Below, one piece after another: positions 18,517-28,863 of a stretch of DNA of 64,000 nt; the first letter of the stretch is position 1, and each line of letters opens with the position of its first letter. This DNA is from an uncultured Candidatus Saccharibacteria bacterium (GTDB taxonomy: Bacteria; Patescibacteriota; Saccharimonadia; Saccharimonadales; JACDBH01). The notes beneath the pieces are model-generated. The model was not told where the DNA came from and did not search any database. It was given only the letters and a program-made list of their open reading frames with translations. The stretch is taken from assembly GCA_964490245.1 (NCBI GenBank), contig CAZBAF010000001.1, positions 120,928 to 184,927 on the forward strand, read 5' to 3'. The position numbers and the translations under genes are program-made.

Positions 18517-19524
18517 ATGGCAAGGTTTAGCGGTCGAAGGGTATCGGTCGGTATTGCTCTGGAGGATCCAGAGGCTAAAGGTACTGCCGTAGCACCTGAA
18601 TATTGGTATCCGCATCTCGATGTAAGCGTCAAGGATACGCCAACAGCGCTTTTCAACGAGTCTGCGTACGGTCACATCATCAAAAATAACGAGAAAATCA
18701 ACACCCTGATCGAGGGTGACGGTACGCTTTCGGGCAAGATGTATATTAAAGGCATTTATTATTGGCTTGCGCTTGTATTTGGTCAGCACGCTACCACCAC
18801 AGAGGATGTTGGTAGTGACGTAGGCGCTAACGAGCATAAGTTTGCTCTGCTTAATAACAACGAGCATATCTCAGCAACTTTGGCGCTCAAGGAACCTAAC
18901 CTAGATGTTCGTTTCCCATATGCAATGCCGGAATCATTCACTATTAACTGGGCACCTGATCAGTTCCCGACGATCGAGATTCCGTTCAAGTCAAGGAAAT
19001 CAGAGTCGGTTTCGAACGAGGTTGCATATGTTGTAGATACTGAGTTCTTACCTAAGCATGCATCCCTGAAGATTGCTGACACTCTAGCTAACCTTGGATC
19101 CGCACAGGCACTTAAGACTATCAAGTCATTTAGCCTCACATTCACTAAGACGCTTTCGCCGCAGCAGACTATGGACAGCGGTGATACATACGGTGAGATA
19201 TTAAATACCGACTTTGAGGTTACCGGAACGATTGAGAAGCTTTACACCGATACAACCTACCGCGGCTACGCGCTGAATGACACGATTCGAGCTATGAGCT
19301 TCTCGCTTGTGGACACAGCCAATAAAGCTGGCACATCTACGCCAACCAGCCTGACGTTCGACCTCTCACGTGTAGCTTTCGAGAGCCACGAGCCAGCTTA
19401 CGGTTTGAGCGACATATCTACTGAAACCATCAATTTTGCAATGTTGCTTGACACCTCTGATCACAGCAAGAGTTTATCGGCGACATTGGTGAATAAGTAC
19501 ACCTACGTCGAATCAGAAAGTTAA
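18517..19524 (+). CDS. major tail protein (siphovirus-type tail tube)
   Basis: 335 aa gene immediately upstream of chaperone pair + tape measure. Confidence 0.5.
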   Translation: MARFSGRRVSVGIALEDPEAKGTAVAPEYWYPHLDVSVKDTPTALFNESAYGHIIKNNEKINTLIEGDGTLSGKMYIKGIYYWLALVFGQHATTTEDVGSDVGANEHKFALLNNNEHISATLALKEPNLDVRFPYAMPESFTINWAPDQFPTIEIPFKSRKSESVSNEVAYVVDTEFLPKHASLKIADTLANLGSAQALKTIKSFSLTFTKTLSPQQTMDSGDTYGEILNTDFEVTGTIEKLYTDTTYRGYALNDTIRAMSFSLVDTANKAGTSTPTSLTFDLSRVAFESHEPAYGLSDISTETINFAMLLDTSDHSKSLSATLVNKYTYVESES

Positions 19525-19547
19525 CAACAAGAAAGGAAAAAGCACCT

Positions 19548-19934
19548 ATGGCACAAGCACCTATAACAATTCAACTTCCTAGCGGAGGCGAAGCAATCCT
19601 ACGTTCTTTCGTAAAAAACAAGGATCGTAAAGCGATTCAACGCCTATCGCTTCAGGGTACCGAGCTGTCACCGGAAGATGTGCAGGATGACAAGGTTACC
19701 GTCAAGCTGCGTGGCGAAAACATGATCGCGGTCACAGAAGAACAGGTTCGCCGCCTACTCATTTCCTACAGAGGTATCACCGATAACCCTTATGACGCCT
19801 TGATGGATTCCGAAAGCGAAGAGGATTTGGAAATCATCGAAAAAAAGGCTCAAGAGATATTTGGTGAAGGAGGTGACGCGGAAGCGAACGCAAAAAAATC
19901 GAAGAACTCTGTCAGCAGTACGACCGATTCTTAA
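19548..19934 (+). CDS. tail assembly chaperone (G-like)
   Basis: Position before TMP; A_AAA_AAA slippery heptamer at 19892-98 near its 3' end. Confidence 0.5.
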   Translation: MAQAPITIQLPSGGEAILRSFVKNKDRKAIQRLSLQGTELSPEDVQDDKVTVKLRGENMIAVTEEQVRRLLISYRGITDNPYDALMDSESEEDLEIIEKKAQEIFGEGGDAEANAKKSKNSVSSTTDS

Positions 19935-20137
19935 GAGGGATGCCGGGCGATTTGCCCGAAATCATTCAGATAGCTCTCATCTGCAAAGAATACGGCTGGA
20001 CAGAGTACGACTATTACGAAGCATCTGAAGAATTCACCAGAGCGATCATAGCGCGGCGGCTCGTTGAAGCGAAACTCCGAAAGGAAGAACAAGACAAGTT
20101 GGAACAGGAGATCAACAGAAATGCCGCTAAACGCTAA
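19892..20137 (+). CDS. -1 frameshift extension of tail chaperone (GT-like product)
   Basis: -1 frame open from slippery site through ORF 19940..20137. Confidence 0.4.
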   Translation, partial: KKIEELCQQYDRFLRGMPGDLPEIIQIALICKEYGWTEYDYYEASEEFTRAIIARRLVEAKLRKEEQDKLEQEINRNAAKR

Positions 20138-20200
20138 TAGAACAAAAATCAGCAAAACACAGACTGGTTGGCTTGATAGTGGCAAGTCATTCGGGAGGCA

Positions 20201-23014
20201 TTGCACATGAATGACCGCGAAGTAACTATTGTCATACGAGCCAACGCATCGCAGTTTCAGGCCGCCCTAAATGCTCTCAAAGATGGCATGAAGGGCGCAT
20301 CTGATACTGTCAAACGAGGCAGCTCCACTTTCAAAGATTATGCACGAGAAGCAAGCAGCGCCTTTGGTCAGGTTGCTGATGATATTGCACGCATGGCAAA
20401 GGTTGCTGCTGCTACTCTTTTGGGTGGTTCATTCGGTGCAAAGTACTTCATAGACCTTGCTGGCGGACTTCAGACTACACAACGGCAGATGGCCGTTTTG
20501 ACTGGCAGTGTGGATGCGGCCAATAAGGTTTTTGGAGAACTGTATAATTACACGCTCGGTAAGCCTATTGCGTTCCCTGACGCGTCAAAAGCAGCTCAAA
20601 CGCTGCTTGGGTACGGTCGTACAGCTCAAACAGTCATACGCGACATGGAAACGCTGAGCAAGTTGTCTATTGTTAATGGTTCCGATCTACAGGCATTGGC
20701 TGTTGTATTTGGTCAGGTCACATCACGCGGTGCTTTATTTGGTCAGGACGCTTTGCAGCTGATCAATAACAATATTCCGCTTACAACTATCCTTGCCAAG
20801 AAGTTCGGCATATCGATGCAAGAGGCGTCCGAGAAAATCAACGGCGGTAAGGTTAGCGCTGCTGAATTTGTTGATGCTATGCAGCAATACGCCGACAGTC
20901 TTGACATTACCTCGATGAGCGACACATTCAAGAACCGAATGATTAGCTTGCAAGGTACAATCCGAAGCGTCGGCTTGGCAATACTTGGCGTACGCGTTGA
21001 CTCTGAGAAGGGCTTGATTGTTGATCAGAGCGGCTTATTTGCGAAGCTTACTGACAGTATTCAGAATTTTACTCTTTGGCTCAAGGACAACAAAGACACC
21101 ATTATTGCTGTTGCTAATGTTCTGATCGATAACGCAGTACCTGCCCTGTCGGCATTGGCGGCTGCATTTGTGGTGGCAAAGACTGCTGCAATTGCGTTTG
21201 CTATAGCGGCGAATACCAACCCATTCATGCTTGTTGCTTATGCAATATCCGCGGTTGTTGCGGCACTGGTATTTTTACAGGTCAAATTCGACTGGATTGG
21301 CAAGATTGTTAAGGCGGTCAATACCGCTTTTGAGTGGCTCAAAGACACATTCGAGAGTGTTAAGCAGTCTGTATCATCATTCAGCTCAGCCACAATGGAG
21401 AGGTTTAGCGATGTGGTTGATGCTGTTGCAAGCGCCTTTAGAACGGCAAAGGACGCTGTAGTTGGGTTTGTTAAAGACGGCATTGAGTGGATGCAGGATA
21501 GGATCAATGATCTCACGAACTGGGTTAAGGAGCACGAGACTGCCATTCGTAACTGGGCAATTGTCATCGGCACCCTACTACTGCCAAAGATTATGCAGCT
21601 CGGATGGGAAGCCACGAAGGCAGCTTATAGCGCTGTTACAGCTTGGGCTAAGTCATTTGGCTCTATGGCGTCTGGCGCGATCAGGTCTGCTGTAACAATG
21701 ACTATTGAAGCGGTAAAGTCTGGTGCTGCGTGGGCTAAGAATGCGGCTGTTGCGTCATACGCTTGGGTTACCAAGGAATTGCCAAAAATTATCACAGGTG
21801 CTGTTAAGGCTGCGATAGAATCAGCAAAGAACGCGGTTAAGGCTGGTGCCGCGTGGGTTGTTCAAGCATCAAAGACTGCACTTGCTTGGGCCAAAACATT
21901 TGCCGCATACATGCTTGGAGTCGCTAAGGCTTCACTAGAGACACTAAAGGCAGCTGGGAAAATGGCAGCGAGCTGGCTACTTGCTATGGGGCCACTCGGA
22001 TTGATTGTTTCGGTCGTAATCGGTCTGGTCGCATTGATCATTGCTAACTGGGAAACGGTAAAGGGTTGGTTTACATCATTCTGGGAGTGGCTCAGCGGAG
22101 TTGCAAGCGCTGCATGGGAAGGTATTAAGTCTGGCCTTGAGGCTGTTGGCAACTTCTTTAGCGTCGTTTGGAACGGTATACAGAGTGTCATCAGCGGCGT
22201 TATTGATTGGATCAAGAACAACTGGCCACTCGTACTTGCCATCCTTACTGGCCCGATTGGAATTTTTGTACTGACAATCATACGTAACTGGGACACTATC
22301 AAGGCGGCATTTTCTGCGGCTTGGGAGTTCATTAAGAATGTTTGGAGTGGCGTAGTCAGCTTCTTTGGCGGTGTATGGAATGGTATTGTTTCGATATTCC
22401 AAAATGTGCACAACTGGTTTACAGACAGGTTCCGCGACGCTTGGAATGGCATAAAGTCGATATTCTCAGGTGTCGGATCATTCTTTAGCGGTGTTTGGAG
22501 CACCATTACCGGACTATTCAGTCGCATTGGTAACACCGTTGCGAGTGCGTTTAGCGGCGCTGTTAAGGGTGCGGTAAATGGTGTGCTTGGGTTTGCCGAA
22601 AACACCATCAATGGCTTCATTCGCGCGATCAATGGCGCTATTGGCATGATCAACAAAATACCGGGCGTAAATATTGGGAAGCTTTCGGAGCTTCGTATTC
22701 CGCGCCTTGCTACTGGTGGTATCGTGCCAGCAACGCCGGGCGGTAAGACGATTACCGTTGCTGAAGGCGGTCAGGACGAGTGGGTTGTGCCTGAGAGTAA
22801 GATGGCATCGCTTATTAGTCAGGTTGCTCAGCGTGCGCAGAGTAATAATAACGGCGGTGTCGTAATCCAAAGCGGCGGATCTCTGGTACAGGTTGTTGTA
22901 CAGTCAAGCAACGGCGACATTACCGAGGCTCAAGCAGTCAACATTGCGCACAAGATTACTAGCGCGCTACGAGCGCAAGGACTAACAATTAACGAAATGG
23001 GGGCATTACGATGA
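20201..23014 (+). CDS. tail tape measure protein
   Basis: 937 aa, helical with Trp/Phe periodic repeats (…WEGIKSGLEAVGNFFSVVWNGIQSVISGVIDWIKNNW…). Confidence 0.8.
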   Translation: MHMNDREVTIVIRANASQFQAALNALKDGMKGASDTVKRGSSTFKDYAREASSAFGQVADDIARMAKVAAATLLGGSFGAKYFIDLAGGLQTTQRQMAVLTGSVDAANKVFGELYNYTLGKPIAFPDASKAAQTLLGYGRTAQTVIRDMETLSKLSIVNGSDLQALAVVFGQVTSRGALFGQDALQLINNNIPLTTILAKKFGISMQEASEKINGGKVSAAEFVDAMQQYADSLDITSMSDTFKNRMISLQGTIRSVGLAILGVRVDSEKGLIVDQSGLFAKLTDSIQNFTLWLKDNKDTIIAVANVLIDNAVPALSALAAAFVVAKTAAIAFAIAANTNPFMLVAYAISAVVAALVFLQVKFDWIGKIVKAVNTAFEWLKDTFESVKQSVSSFSSATMERFSDVVDAVASAFRTAKDAVVGFVKDGIEWMQDRINDLTNWVKEHETAIRNWAIVIGTLLLPKIMQLGWEATKAAYSAVTAWAKSFGSMASGAIRSAVTMTIEAVKSGAAWAKNAAVASYAWVTKELPKIITGAVKAAIESAKNAVKAGAAWVVQASKTALAWAKTFAAYMLGVAKASLETLKAAGKMAASWLLAMGPLGLIVSVVIGLVALIIANWETVKGWFTSFWEWLSGVASAAWEGIKSGLEAVGNFFSVVWNGIQSVISGVIDWIKNNWPLVLAILTGPIGIFVLTIIRNWDTIKAAFSAAWEFIKNVWSGVVSFFGGVWNGIVSIFQNVHNWFTDRFRDAWNGIKSIFSGVGSFFSGVWSTITGLFSRIGNTVASAFSGAVKGAVNGVLGFAENTINGFIRAINGAIGMINKIPGVNIGKLSELRIPRLATGGIVPATPGGKTITVAEGGQDEWVVPESKMASLISQVAQRAQSNNNGGVVIQSGGSLVQVVVQSSNGDITEAQAVNIAHKITSALRAQGLTINEMGALR

Positions 23015-23370
23015 TCACATTCAATGATGTAGCACCGCCACAGCAGCCAAATAGAGTGAATGAAAACCCTGTAAGGGTAAAAACCGACCGATATGCTATC
23101 GACGGCACACCTTCACGTACTCAAATGGCAAGTAAAAATCAGTCCAAGCTTATCTTTATGGCGGCAACACCTGAGACTTTTCAGTTCTTCAAGGATCTAT
23201 ATGACTCAGCTACTTCGGTAACATACAAAAACACCGACAGCAATGTATCTGGGGGTGTGCTCGAATTTACAGGTATCATCGATTATAACGAGGATGAATT
23301 TATTCGTGGCGGCTCATTGCGAGTGCCGCTTGAAGTTACTGTGCTAGAGGGGTCTACGTACGAGGTATAG
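23011..23370 (+). CDS. tail protein (small, distal tail?)
   Basis: Position after TMP. Confidence 0.4.
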   Translation: MITFNDVAPPQQPNRVNENPVRVKTDRYAIDGTPSRTQMASKNQSKLIFMAATPETFQFFKDLYDSATSVTYKNTDSNVSGGVLEFTGIIDYNEDEFIRGGSLRVPLEVTVLEGSTYEV

Positions 23371-23372
23371 CG

Positions 23373-24974
23373 ATGCTGACAGTTAGCTCACAATTTGAGG
23401 ATGCAGTTAAGGCAGATGTGAAATCCCCACAGCCGGGCGTTCTTATTTCGTGGGCTAAAAATTACGATCCGGATGTGAAGTTTGCGAAAGTAGACCATTC
23501 GTATGTTGACGGCCCAGATAAAGTTAAGGGCGGTGGTGACACTGTCACCTTTTTCGGTAAGTACGATTACATAAACGAGACACGGCACCTTAGGAACTTC
23601 AGAATTACACGCAAAATCAGCAAGCGTCCGTGGGGCGTGATTATGGCTACTGCCGAAATTGAACTAAATAATACCAGCAAGCGGTTTACACCTGATTTTG
23701 ACGAGGAAATCGGCGAGTATGTTGGGCTACCGGACAGACCTGTCAAGCTGGTTTTGGGCTTTAATGGCGAATATATCAAGCTCTTTACTGGCTACACTGA
23801 ACGGCCAAAGATGGAGCTTCTTGATCGCGTTGTAAAACTACAGGCGTTTGATGCGATGACATACCTCAGCACACGCCAGAGTGATCTTGACGCTTTTGTC
23901 GACACGCCAATGCATGAGATTATTGCCGAGTTATTGATTGAGCAGGGTTTTTCACCTGACCAATTCGAACTGGAGCCGAGTTTACAGCAACCAATTGGCT
24001 ATCTGATGCCAAAAGATCGTTACATTACCGACCTCTTTAATGAAATGTGCGAAGCAGAGGGCTACATTCTGTTTGCGGATGAAGATGGCATTATTCATGG
24101 CTGGAATCGCTTACATTTGATCGGCAATCAAACACCTGTATGGAAGTTCACATATTCCAATATGGAAGATCTGCGGTGGTCGTCGTCCACTGTCATTAAC
24201 AGCGCTCAGGCAGTCGCTAAGCCATTCAAACCAGCTGCGTGGAACAAAATATTCGAGCTAGATGGTGCGAGCGAGCAAACTATGGTGCCGCCGGGTGGCA
24301 GTACAGATATTTTTGTTGAATTCAAAGACGATATTGGCCCATTCCCAGCAATTACAGTCGAAGATCCTGTGCATGTCTCGCTTGCTAGCGGTGGTTCGAG
24401 CTATGTAACGAATAAAGCAAGAGATGGGAGTAGCCCAGATACCGGAGCAGCCGACATTACGCTTGCTAGCACCTATAATTTCGGCAACAAATACCGAATG
24501 ACATTCTCGAATAGTGGCGATTCACCTGTATACATAACCAAGATTACGCTATTCGGTCAGCCTGCCAAAGTAACCGCAGTTAAGGGCGTCATACAGTCAG
24601 ACCAAGACAGTATTGATAAGTACGGGATTAACCCCGACAACAATCACGAAGTGTATGTGATTGAAAATGACTTGATTCAGGATACGGCTACAGCCAACAC
24701 AATGGCTTGGTTACTGGTGCAAATACAAAAATCGGCACATGCAAACCTCAATATCGATAACTTCATAGTGCCTCATTTGCAGTTCGGTGATGCTGTAGAG
24801 GTCGAGATACGCGATACGGAAGAGACTAAATACTGCAATATCTTTGGCATAGAGCTGTTCTGTGGAGTTGACGCTAATATGTACCAGAAATTGTATGTTG
24901 AGGAGCGCGAAACCAAGCAATATGCGCGCGTTGATCAATCATATACTGATGGCCCAGATTTTATAGCGCTCTAG
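23373..24974 (+). CDS. tail protein (tip / host-specificity candidate, 533 aa)
   Basis: Position after TMP. Confidence 0.45.
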   Translation: MLTVSSQFEDAVKADVKSPQPGVLISWAKNYDPDVKFAKVDHSYVDGPDKVKGGGDTVTFFGKYDYINETRHLRNFRITRKISKRPWGVIMATAEIELNNTSKRFTPDFDEEIGEYVGLPDRPVKLVLGFNGEYIKLFTGYTERPKMELLDRVVKLQAFDAMTYLSTRQSDLDAFVDTPMHEIIAELLIEQGFSPDQFELEPSLQQPIGYLMPKDRYITDLFNEMCEAEGYILFADEDGIIHGWNRLHLIGNQTPVWKFTYSNMEDLRWSSSTVINSAQAVAKPFKPAAWNKIFELDGASEQTMVPPGGSTDIFVEFKDDIGPFPAITVEDPVHVSLASGGSSYVTNKARDGSSPDTGAADITLASTYNFGNKYRMTFSNSGDSPVYITKITLFGQPAKVTAVKGVIQSDQDSIDKYGINPDNNHEVYVIENDLIQDTATANTMAWLLVQIQKSAHANLNIDNFIVPHLQFGDAVEVEIRDTEETKYCNIFGIELFCGVDANMYQKLYVEERETKQYARVDQSYTDGPDFIAL

Positions 24975-25687
24975 AAGTAAATATAGGTACTGAATTTTGA
25001 TGCTGGGATGTTTTCCCAAACACCATATTGTCCGGTATTGCCCCAGTTGTACCAGCTGACAGTGATAGTATCGCCGTCAACAGCCTCTACGAACGCATTG
25101 AAATTACCAACAACGGCAACAGAGTGCAGTTTTGGTGTTGTACCACGTGGAATGTTTGCTGCATCGGCCTTAGCTGGCCACGCGCTTGCATCACCCCAGT
25201 ATTTCGGCATATTTTTACCCGATTCGCTGACTTTCCATGCGGCATAGCTGGTGCTCTGACACTTATTCAGACCCCAAGTATCAAGCTGACCGCACTGGTT
25301 TTTCCATTCTGCAGGGTATGTGTCGGCATATACATATACAGGTGCGGTAGGCGTTTCAGGAGCTGCCGATTGCGTAGGCTGCGTTGGCTGAATGTTACTA
25401 TTTTGGTTGTCCTGATGTGCTTGCGTATTCTCACTGGTTGACTCTGGCTGATCTTGAGCGGCCTCTTGCTTTTCCTGTATGTTTTCTACTTGGTCAGCAC
25501 TTTCTGCTTGATTTTCAGTACTCACAACGCTATTTTGAGGCTTTTCAGGCTCACCGGTAAGCACCATAGCGGAAACAGCAGGAACGGATACGGCAAGTAC
25601 CGTTACGGCACCAATTCCGACTTTCGCACCAAGAGATTTAGGACTTCGCAACCAAGAGGTGATTTTAGTGCGTGCTCCACTAATCAT
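24971..25687 (-). CDS. secreted CHAP-domain peptidoglycan hydrolase
   Basis: Cys (…WKNQCGQLD…) and His (…KLHSVAVVG…) CHAP signature. N-terminal signal/TM, Gln/Glu-rich linker. Longer start at 25804 would overlap promoter unit 5. Confidence 0.6.
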   Translation of the reverse strand: MISGARTKITSWLRSPKSLGAKVGIGAVTVLAVSVPAVSAMVLTGEPEKPQNSVVSTENQAESADQVENIQEKQEAAQDQPESTSENTQAHQDNQNSNIQPTQPTQSAAPETPTAPVYVYADTYPAEWKNQCGQLDTWGLNKCQSTSYAAWKVSESGKNMPKYWGDASAWPAKADAANIPRGTTPKLHSVAVVGNFNAFVEAVDGDTITVSWYNWGNTGQYGVWENIPASKFSTYIYF

Positions 25688-25711
25688 ATTGAGACTATAG
25701 TAGCACTGATG

Positions 25712-25760
25712 TATAATAAAGGCAACAAACGCGGTTGCTGCAAAGCAGCCGTGTTTTTTA
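25712..25760 (+). promoter_or_regulatory. TATAAT + hairpin + U-run unit, copy 5 (upstream of 25776 and tail-fibre gene)
   Basis: TATAAT 25712-17; AACGCGGTTGC-TGCAAAGCA-GCCGTGTT; TTTTTTATTTG. Confidence 0.5.
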
Positions 25761-25775
25761 TTTGCAGAGGAAATT

Positions 25776-26303
25776 ATGGCCAAGAAGAATATCGAAAAAA
25801 TCAAGCAAGACTCTGAAGAGCTGAATGCTATGGCGGATTATTACGCTAAGGAATTCTCGGAGGTTTATTTTGTGCGCGATCTTTTAGCGGATTGCATTAT
25901 TGCCGTTGAAACAGCACCAGCGAAGCCACAATACCCTACAGTCGAACGCTCTACCGGCAATCGCAATATCTTCGGCTATCAGAATCTATTCCTTTCGACA
26001 CGTGTCAGGATCGATAAAAACCAGTACGGCAAGCCCATGATCGGTTACCAAAGCGCGAGTGGCAACGATACCCGTCAAGGCAAGATTGAGAAAGGCATTG
26101 TCAGAGGCAATAAAACTCCAGTTTCGCCAATGCCGGGCAGCACTAACCGTTCGTTGAGTCCGTTTGAACGCGCTCAGCTTGACGCACAGGTCAGATTGCG
26201 ACAGGCAAGCTCTAAAGAGAAGCCTGATTACGAAATGTACACAGACAAAGAGGGGCGTATGGTCGAACGCTTTGAGACATTTGAAGTAGTGAGGATGCGA
26301 TAA
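25776..26303 (+). CDS. hypothetical protein coupled to tail-fibre gene
   Basis: TAATG overlap with next gene. Confidence 0.5.
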   Translation: MAKKNIEKIKQDSEELNAMADYYAKEFSEVYFVRDLLADCIIAVETAPAKPQYPTVERSTGNRNIFGYQNLFLSTRVRIDKNQYGKPMIGYQSASGNDTRQGKIEKGIVRGNKTPVSPMPGSTNRSLSPFERAQLDAQVRLRQASSKEKPDYEMYTDKEGRMVERFETFEVVRMR

Positions 26304-26878
26304 TGGCAGATACGTTTATTGATGATCTAGATTGGCTACCAGATGAGCTTATTACGTCCACCAAGCTCAACCAATGGTGGGCTAACATGCAGAATTTTCA
26401 TAACGGTACGGCGTTAGGCGATGGAATTATCGTTACACGGCATCATGCCGACGCAAGTATTCCTATTAGCAAAATAGATCTTGCGAATTTTAAGAACATA
26501 AGTCGTGCATATGGCTATAGAACCTCAAATCAGACGACAACCTCAAATAGCCCGGGGGTTGTCCTAGCAACCAATTCGCCAAACGCAAACCTTGCAGTCA
26601 CGCACACAACAAAAACTGGTCGTGTGAAGATAAGGCTGTCTTTGCCGATATACAATAACGCAAACAACAGTCAGGTGCGTATATATGATGGCACGAATTT
26701 CCACGAGGTCATTAACTTTGCAAGTACTAATAATTCCTATAAAAGTGGTGAGGTTATAGTCGAGGGACTGACGCCTGATACTTCTTACACGTTCACCGCC
26801 TACATGAACTCGCAGGGCGGTTCAACAACTACATTTGCAGCATTTTCAACGGCAACACTTATCGTTGAGGATTACTAA
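26303..26878 (+). CDS. tail fibre / receptor-binding protein: 46-aa constant N-terminus + active C-terminal cassette A
   Basis: Crossover repeat lies in frame at codons 41-46 (GDGIIVTRH); C-terminus Ser/Thr/Asn-rich. Confidence 0.6.
   Translation: MADTFIDDLDWLPDELITSTKLNQWWANMQNFHNGTALGDGIIVTRHHADASIPISKIDLANFKNISRAYGYRTSNQTTTSNSPGVVLATNSPNANLAVTHTTKTGRVKIRLSLPIYNNANNSQVRIYDGTNFHEVINFASTNNSYKSGEVIVEGLTPDTSYTFTAYMNSQGGSTTTFAAFSTATLIVEDY
26424..26444 (-). repeat. shufflon crossover repeat a (GAATTATCGTTACACGGCATC)
   Basis: 1 of 6 copies; encodes IIVTRH in the expressed tail-fibre gene. Confidence 0.75.
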
Positions 26879-26880
26879 TC

Positions 26881-27308
26881 CTACGCTCTAATAGGAATAA
26901 TTAGAATCTTGCCGACTGATGAGTTCGCATTACCGCCAGAAGTACGTAGGAGTAAGCTGAACTGCTTCGTACCAGCTGTCACAGGTATAACGTCAATGAG
27001 TGCGTTTGTACCAGAATTGAATGTGTTTACAGAAGTGAATATGATTGTTTGACTATATGCAGTGCCGCCATCGTAGCGGAGTCGAGCGTATATATCTTTT
27101 TGTGAAGAATCTTGCCCTTGAAGCCTAACTGATCCCAAAACAAGAACGGCAGTACACCCTGTCGGAATATCGACATTTACGCTACCGACAGCTGTTTCTG
27201 TAGTACTGAAGTTCGAGCCAGACCATCCAGTTAATACGCCAATAGATGAAAGATCAAGTTTTTCCGGTATGATCGCACCAAGACCTACATGCCGTGTAAC
27301 GATTATTC
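26881..27308 (-). other. silent tail-fibre C-terminal cassette B (startless, begins at repeat b)
   Basis: Minus-strand frame open from repeat: …RIIVTRHVGLGAIIPEKLDL…KILIIPIRA*; ORF track shows its tail as 26881..27138. Confidence 0.6.
27288..27308 (+). repeat. shufflon crossover repeat b (inverted relative to a; 2 mismatches)
   Basis: CATGCCGTGTAACGATTATTC. Confidence 0.7.
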
Positions 27309-27320
27309 TGGCGAACGTGG

Positions 27321-27373
27321 TATAATAAGTTCAATAAACGCGGAAGCAGAAATGCAACCGCGTTTTTTTATTG
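27321..27373 (+). promoter_or_regulatory. TATAAT + hairpin + U-run unit, copy 6 (upstream of lysis genes)
   Basis: TGGTATAAT extended -10; AAACGCGG-(14-nt loop)-CCGCGTTT; TTTTTTTATTG. Confidence 0.5.
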
Positions 27374-27411
27374 GCAAATTCAGCAATATAGGGATGGGCA
27401 TGCAGGACAAC

Positions 27412-27681
27412 ATGGAACACACAACACCCACAAAAGACGAACTTAAGTTGATCATCGACAACTCGCTCTTAGAGCAGGAGAAACGATTGACTAAGACTCT
27501 TGGGGAAGCACTGCAAAATCAGAACAAGATCTATATGGAAAACATCTTAAAGCTGAGCGATAGGGTGACGAGGATCGAGGCGAGACAGGATAGCTTCAAG
27601 TCATTAGTGGCAACCGCCTCAGCTGCATCCGGCGTATTTTCGGGTTTGATAGGATTCTTTATCGCACAACTAACTAAATAA
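27412..27681 (+). CDS. XhlA-like lysis-associated membrane protein
   Basis: Coiled coil + C-terminal TM; AGGA RBS before ATG 27412 (in-frame alternatives 27394/27400); precedes endolysin. Confidence 0.45.
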   Translation: MEHTTPTKDELKLIIDNSLLEQEKRLTKTLGEALQNQNKIYMENILKLSDRVTRIEARQDSFKSLVATASAASGVFSGLIGFFIAQLTK

Positions 27682-27694
27682 GGAGTAAAGCGGC

Positions 27695-28855
27695 ATGGCA
27701 CAAATTACAGTAGCAGATATTAGTCGATGGCAAGGAGTAGTCGACTGGGATCAATTCAAGAACGCAATACAAGGCGTGGTTATCAAAGCTGGAGGTGCTG
27801 ATGCTGGTATATACACCGACCCTCAACTAGCGCGCAACAAAAGCGAGGCTCGACGCGTAGGCTTGCCGATATGGTACTACTGGTACAAGGGCGCAAGTGG
27901 CACAGCAGCGCAGCAAGCAGATGCTTTTATTGCTGCAATCGGTGACTTGCGAGATGGCGAGGCACTTGTGCTCGACGATGAAAATGAAGCTGTTATCAAT
28001 GTTTCATTTGTATGTGCATTTGCTGACCGCATCAAGGAGCGCACTGGTCGCAACATTGTGCTATACAGCAACCAAGCACGCTTTGTTGGCAATTTACAAC
28101 CAATCAAAGATCGCAACATCGGCGCTTGGGTTGCTAAATACGGCGCAAACACTGGCACTGTAGCTGGCGCTGGCGCAGCTCCTTCAATCCCAACTCTCAC
28201 AATCATTATGTGGCAGTACACAAGCCGTGCAGTGGTCGCTGGCGTCACCGCCAATACTGTAGATATGAACATTTTCTATGGTGACCAAAATGCTTTCCGA
28301 GCTTATGGAAACGGTAAACCAGTCGACGTTAAGCCATCACAACCGCAACTGCCAGCCCCTAACCCAATTAGCGGCACATACACGGTGGTCGCTGGAGACA
28401 CTCTATCTGGAATTGCTGCTCGCTTTGGTACCACATACCAACACCTTGCTGAGATTAATGGCATCGCTAATCCTAACTTGATTAAAGTTGGTCAGGTACT
28501 AAAAGTACCTAGTGCTGGTGTGTCTCAAAATACAGGCTTAAATGTTCAAGAGTACACGGTCGTCAAGGGTGACACACTTTCAGGTATAGCCGCCAAGTTC
28601 GGCACAACCTATCAGGTTCTAGCTCAAGTAAATGGCATCGCTAATCCTAATCTGATCTATGTCGGCCAAGTCCTGACGATTCCATCGACAAAGACCTCTA
28701 TACCAAGTGGCGGTACGGTGCATGTTGTTCAGAAAGGCGAAACACTCTCTGGTATTGCCGCTAAATACGGCACTACATATCAAATACTCGCCCAGCGTAA
28801 TGGTATTAGTAATCCTAATCTGATCTATGTCGGCCAAAAAATAAGAATTAACTAG
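27695..28855 (+). CDS. endolysin: GH25 muramidase + three LysM repeats
   Basis: N-terminal …[14 protein letters not shown]…GVVIKAGGA… GH25 pattern. Three ~45-aa LysM repeats (…[31 protein letters not shown]…). Confidence 0.85.
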   Translation: MAQITVADISRWQGVVDWDQFKNAIQGVVIKAGGADAGIYTDPQLARNKSEARRVGLPIWYYWYKGASGTAAQQADAFIAAIGDLRDGEALVLDDENEAVINVSFVCAFADRIKERTGRNIVLYSNQARFVGNLQPIKDRNIGAWVAKYGANTGTVAGAGAAPSIPTLTIIMWQYTSRAVVAGVTANTVDMNIFYGDQNAFRAYGNGKPVDVKPSQPQLPAPNPISGTYTVVAGDTLSGIAARFGTTYQHLAEINGIANPNLIKVGQVLKVPSAGVSQNTGLNVQEYTVVKGDTLSGIAAKFGTTYQVLAQVNGIANPNLIYVGQVLTIPSTKTSIPSGGTVHVVQKGETLSGIAAKYGTTYQILAQRNGISNPNLIYVGQKIRIN

Positions 28856-28863
28856 GGGGGTAT

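Noticed and set aside
20735-22870. Several minus-strand ORFs (e.g. 21862..22656, 22076..22411, 22514..22870, 21238..21615) inside the tape-measure gene
   Set aside because: They lie antisense to a 937-aa gene with clear tape-measure periodicity and have low-complexity, Ser/Thr/Pro-rich compositions. They are shadow ORFs.
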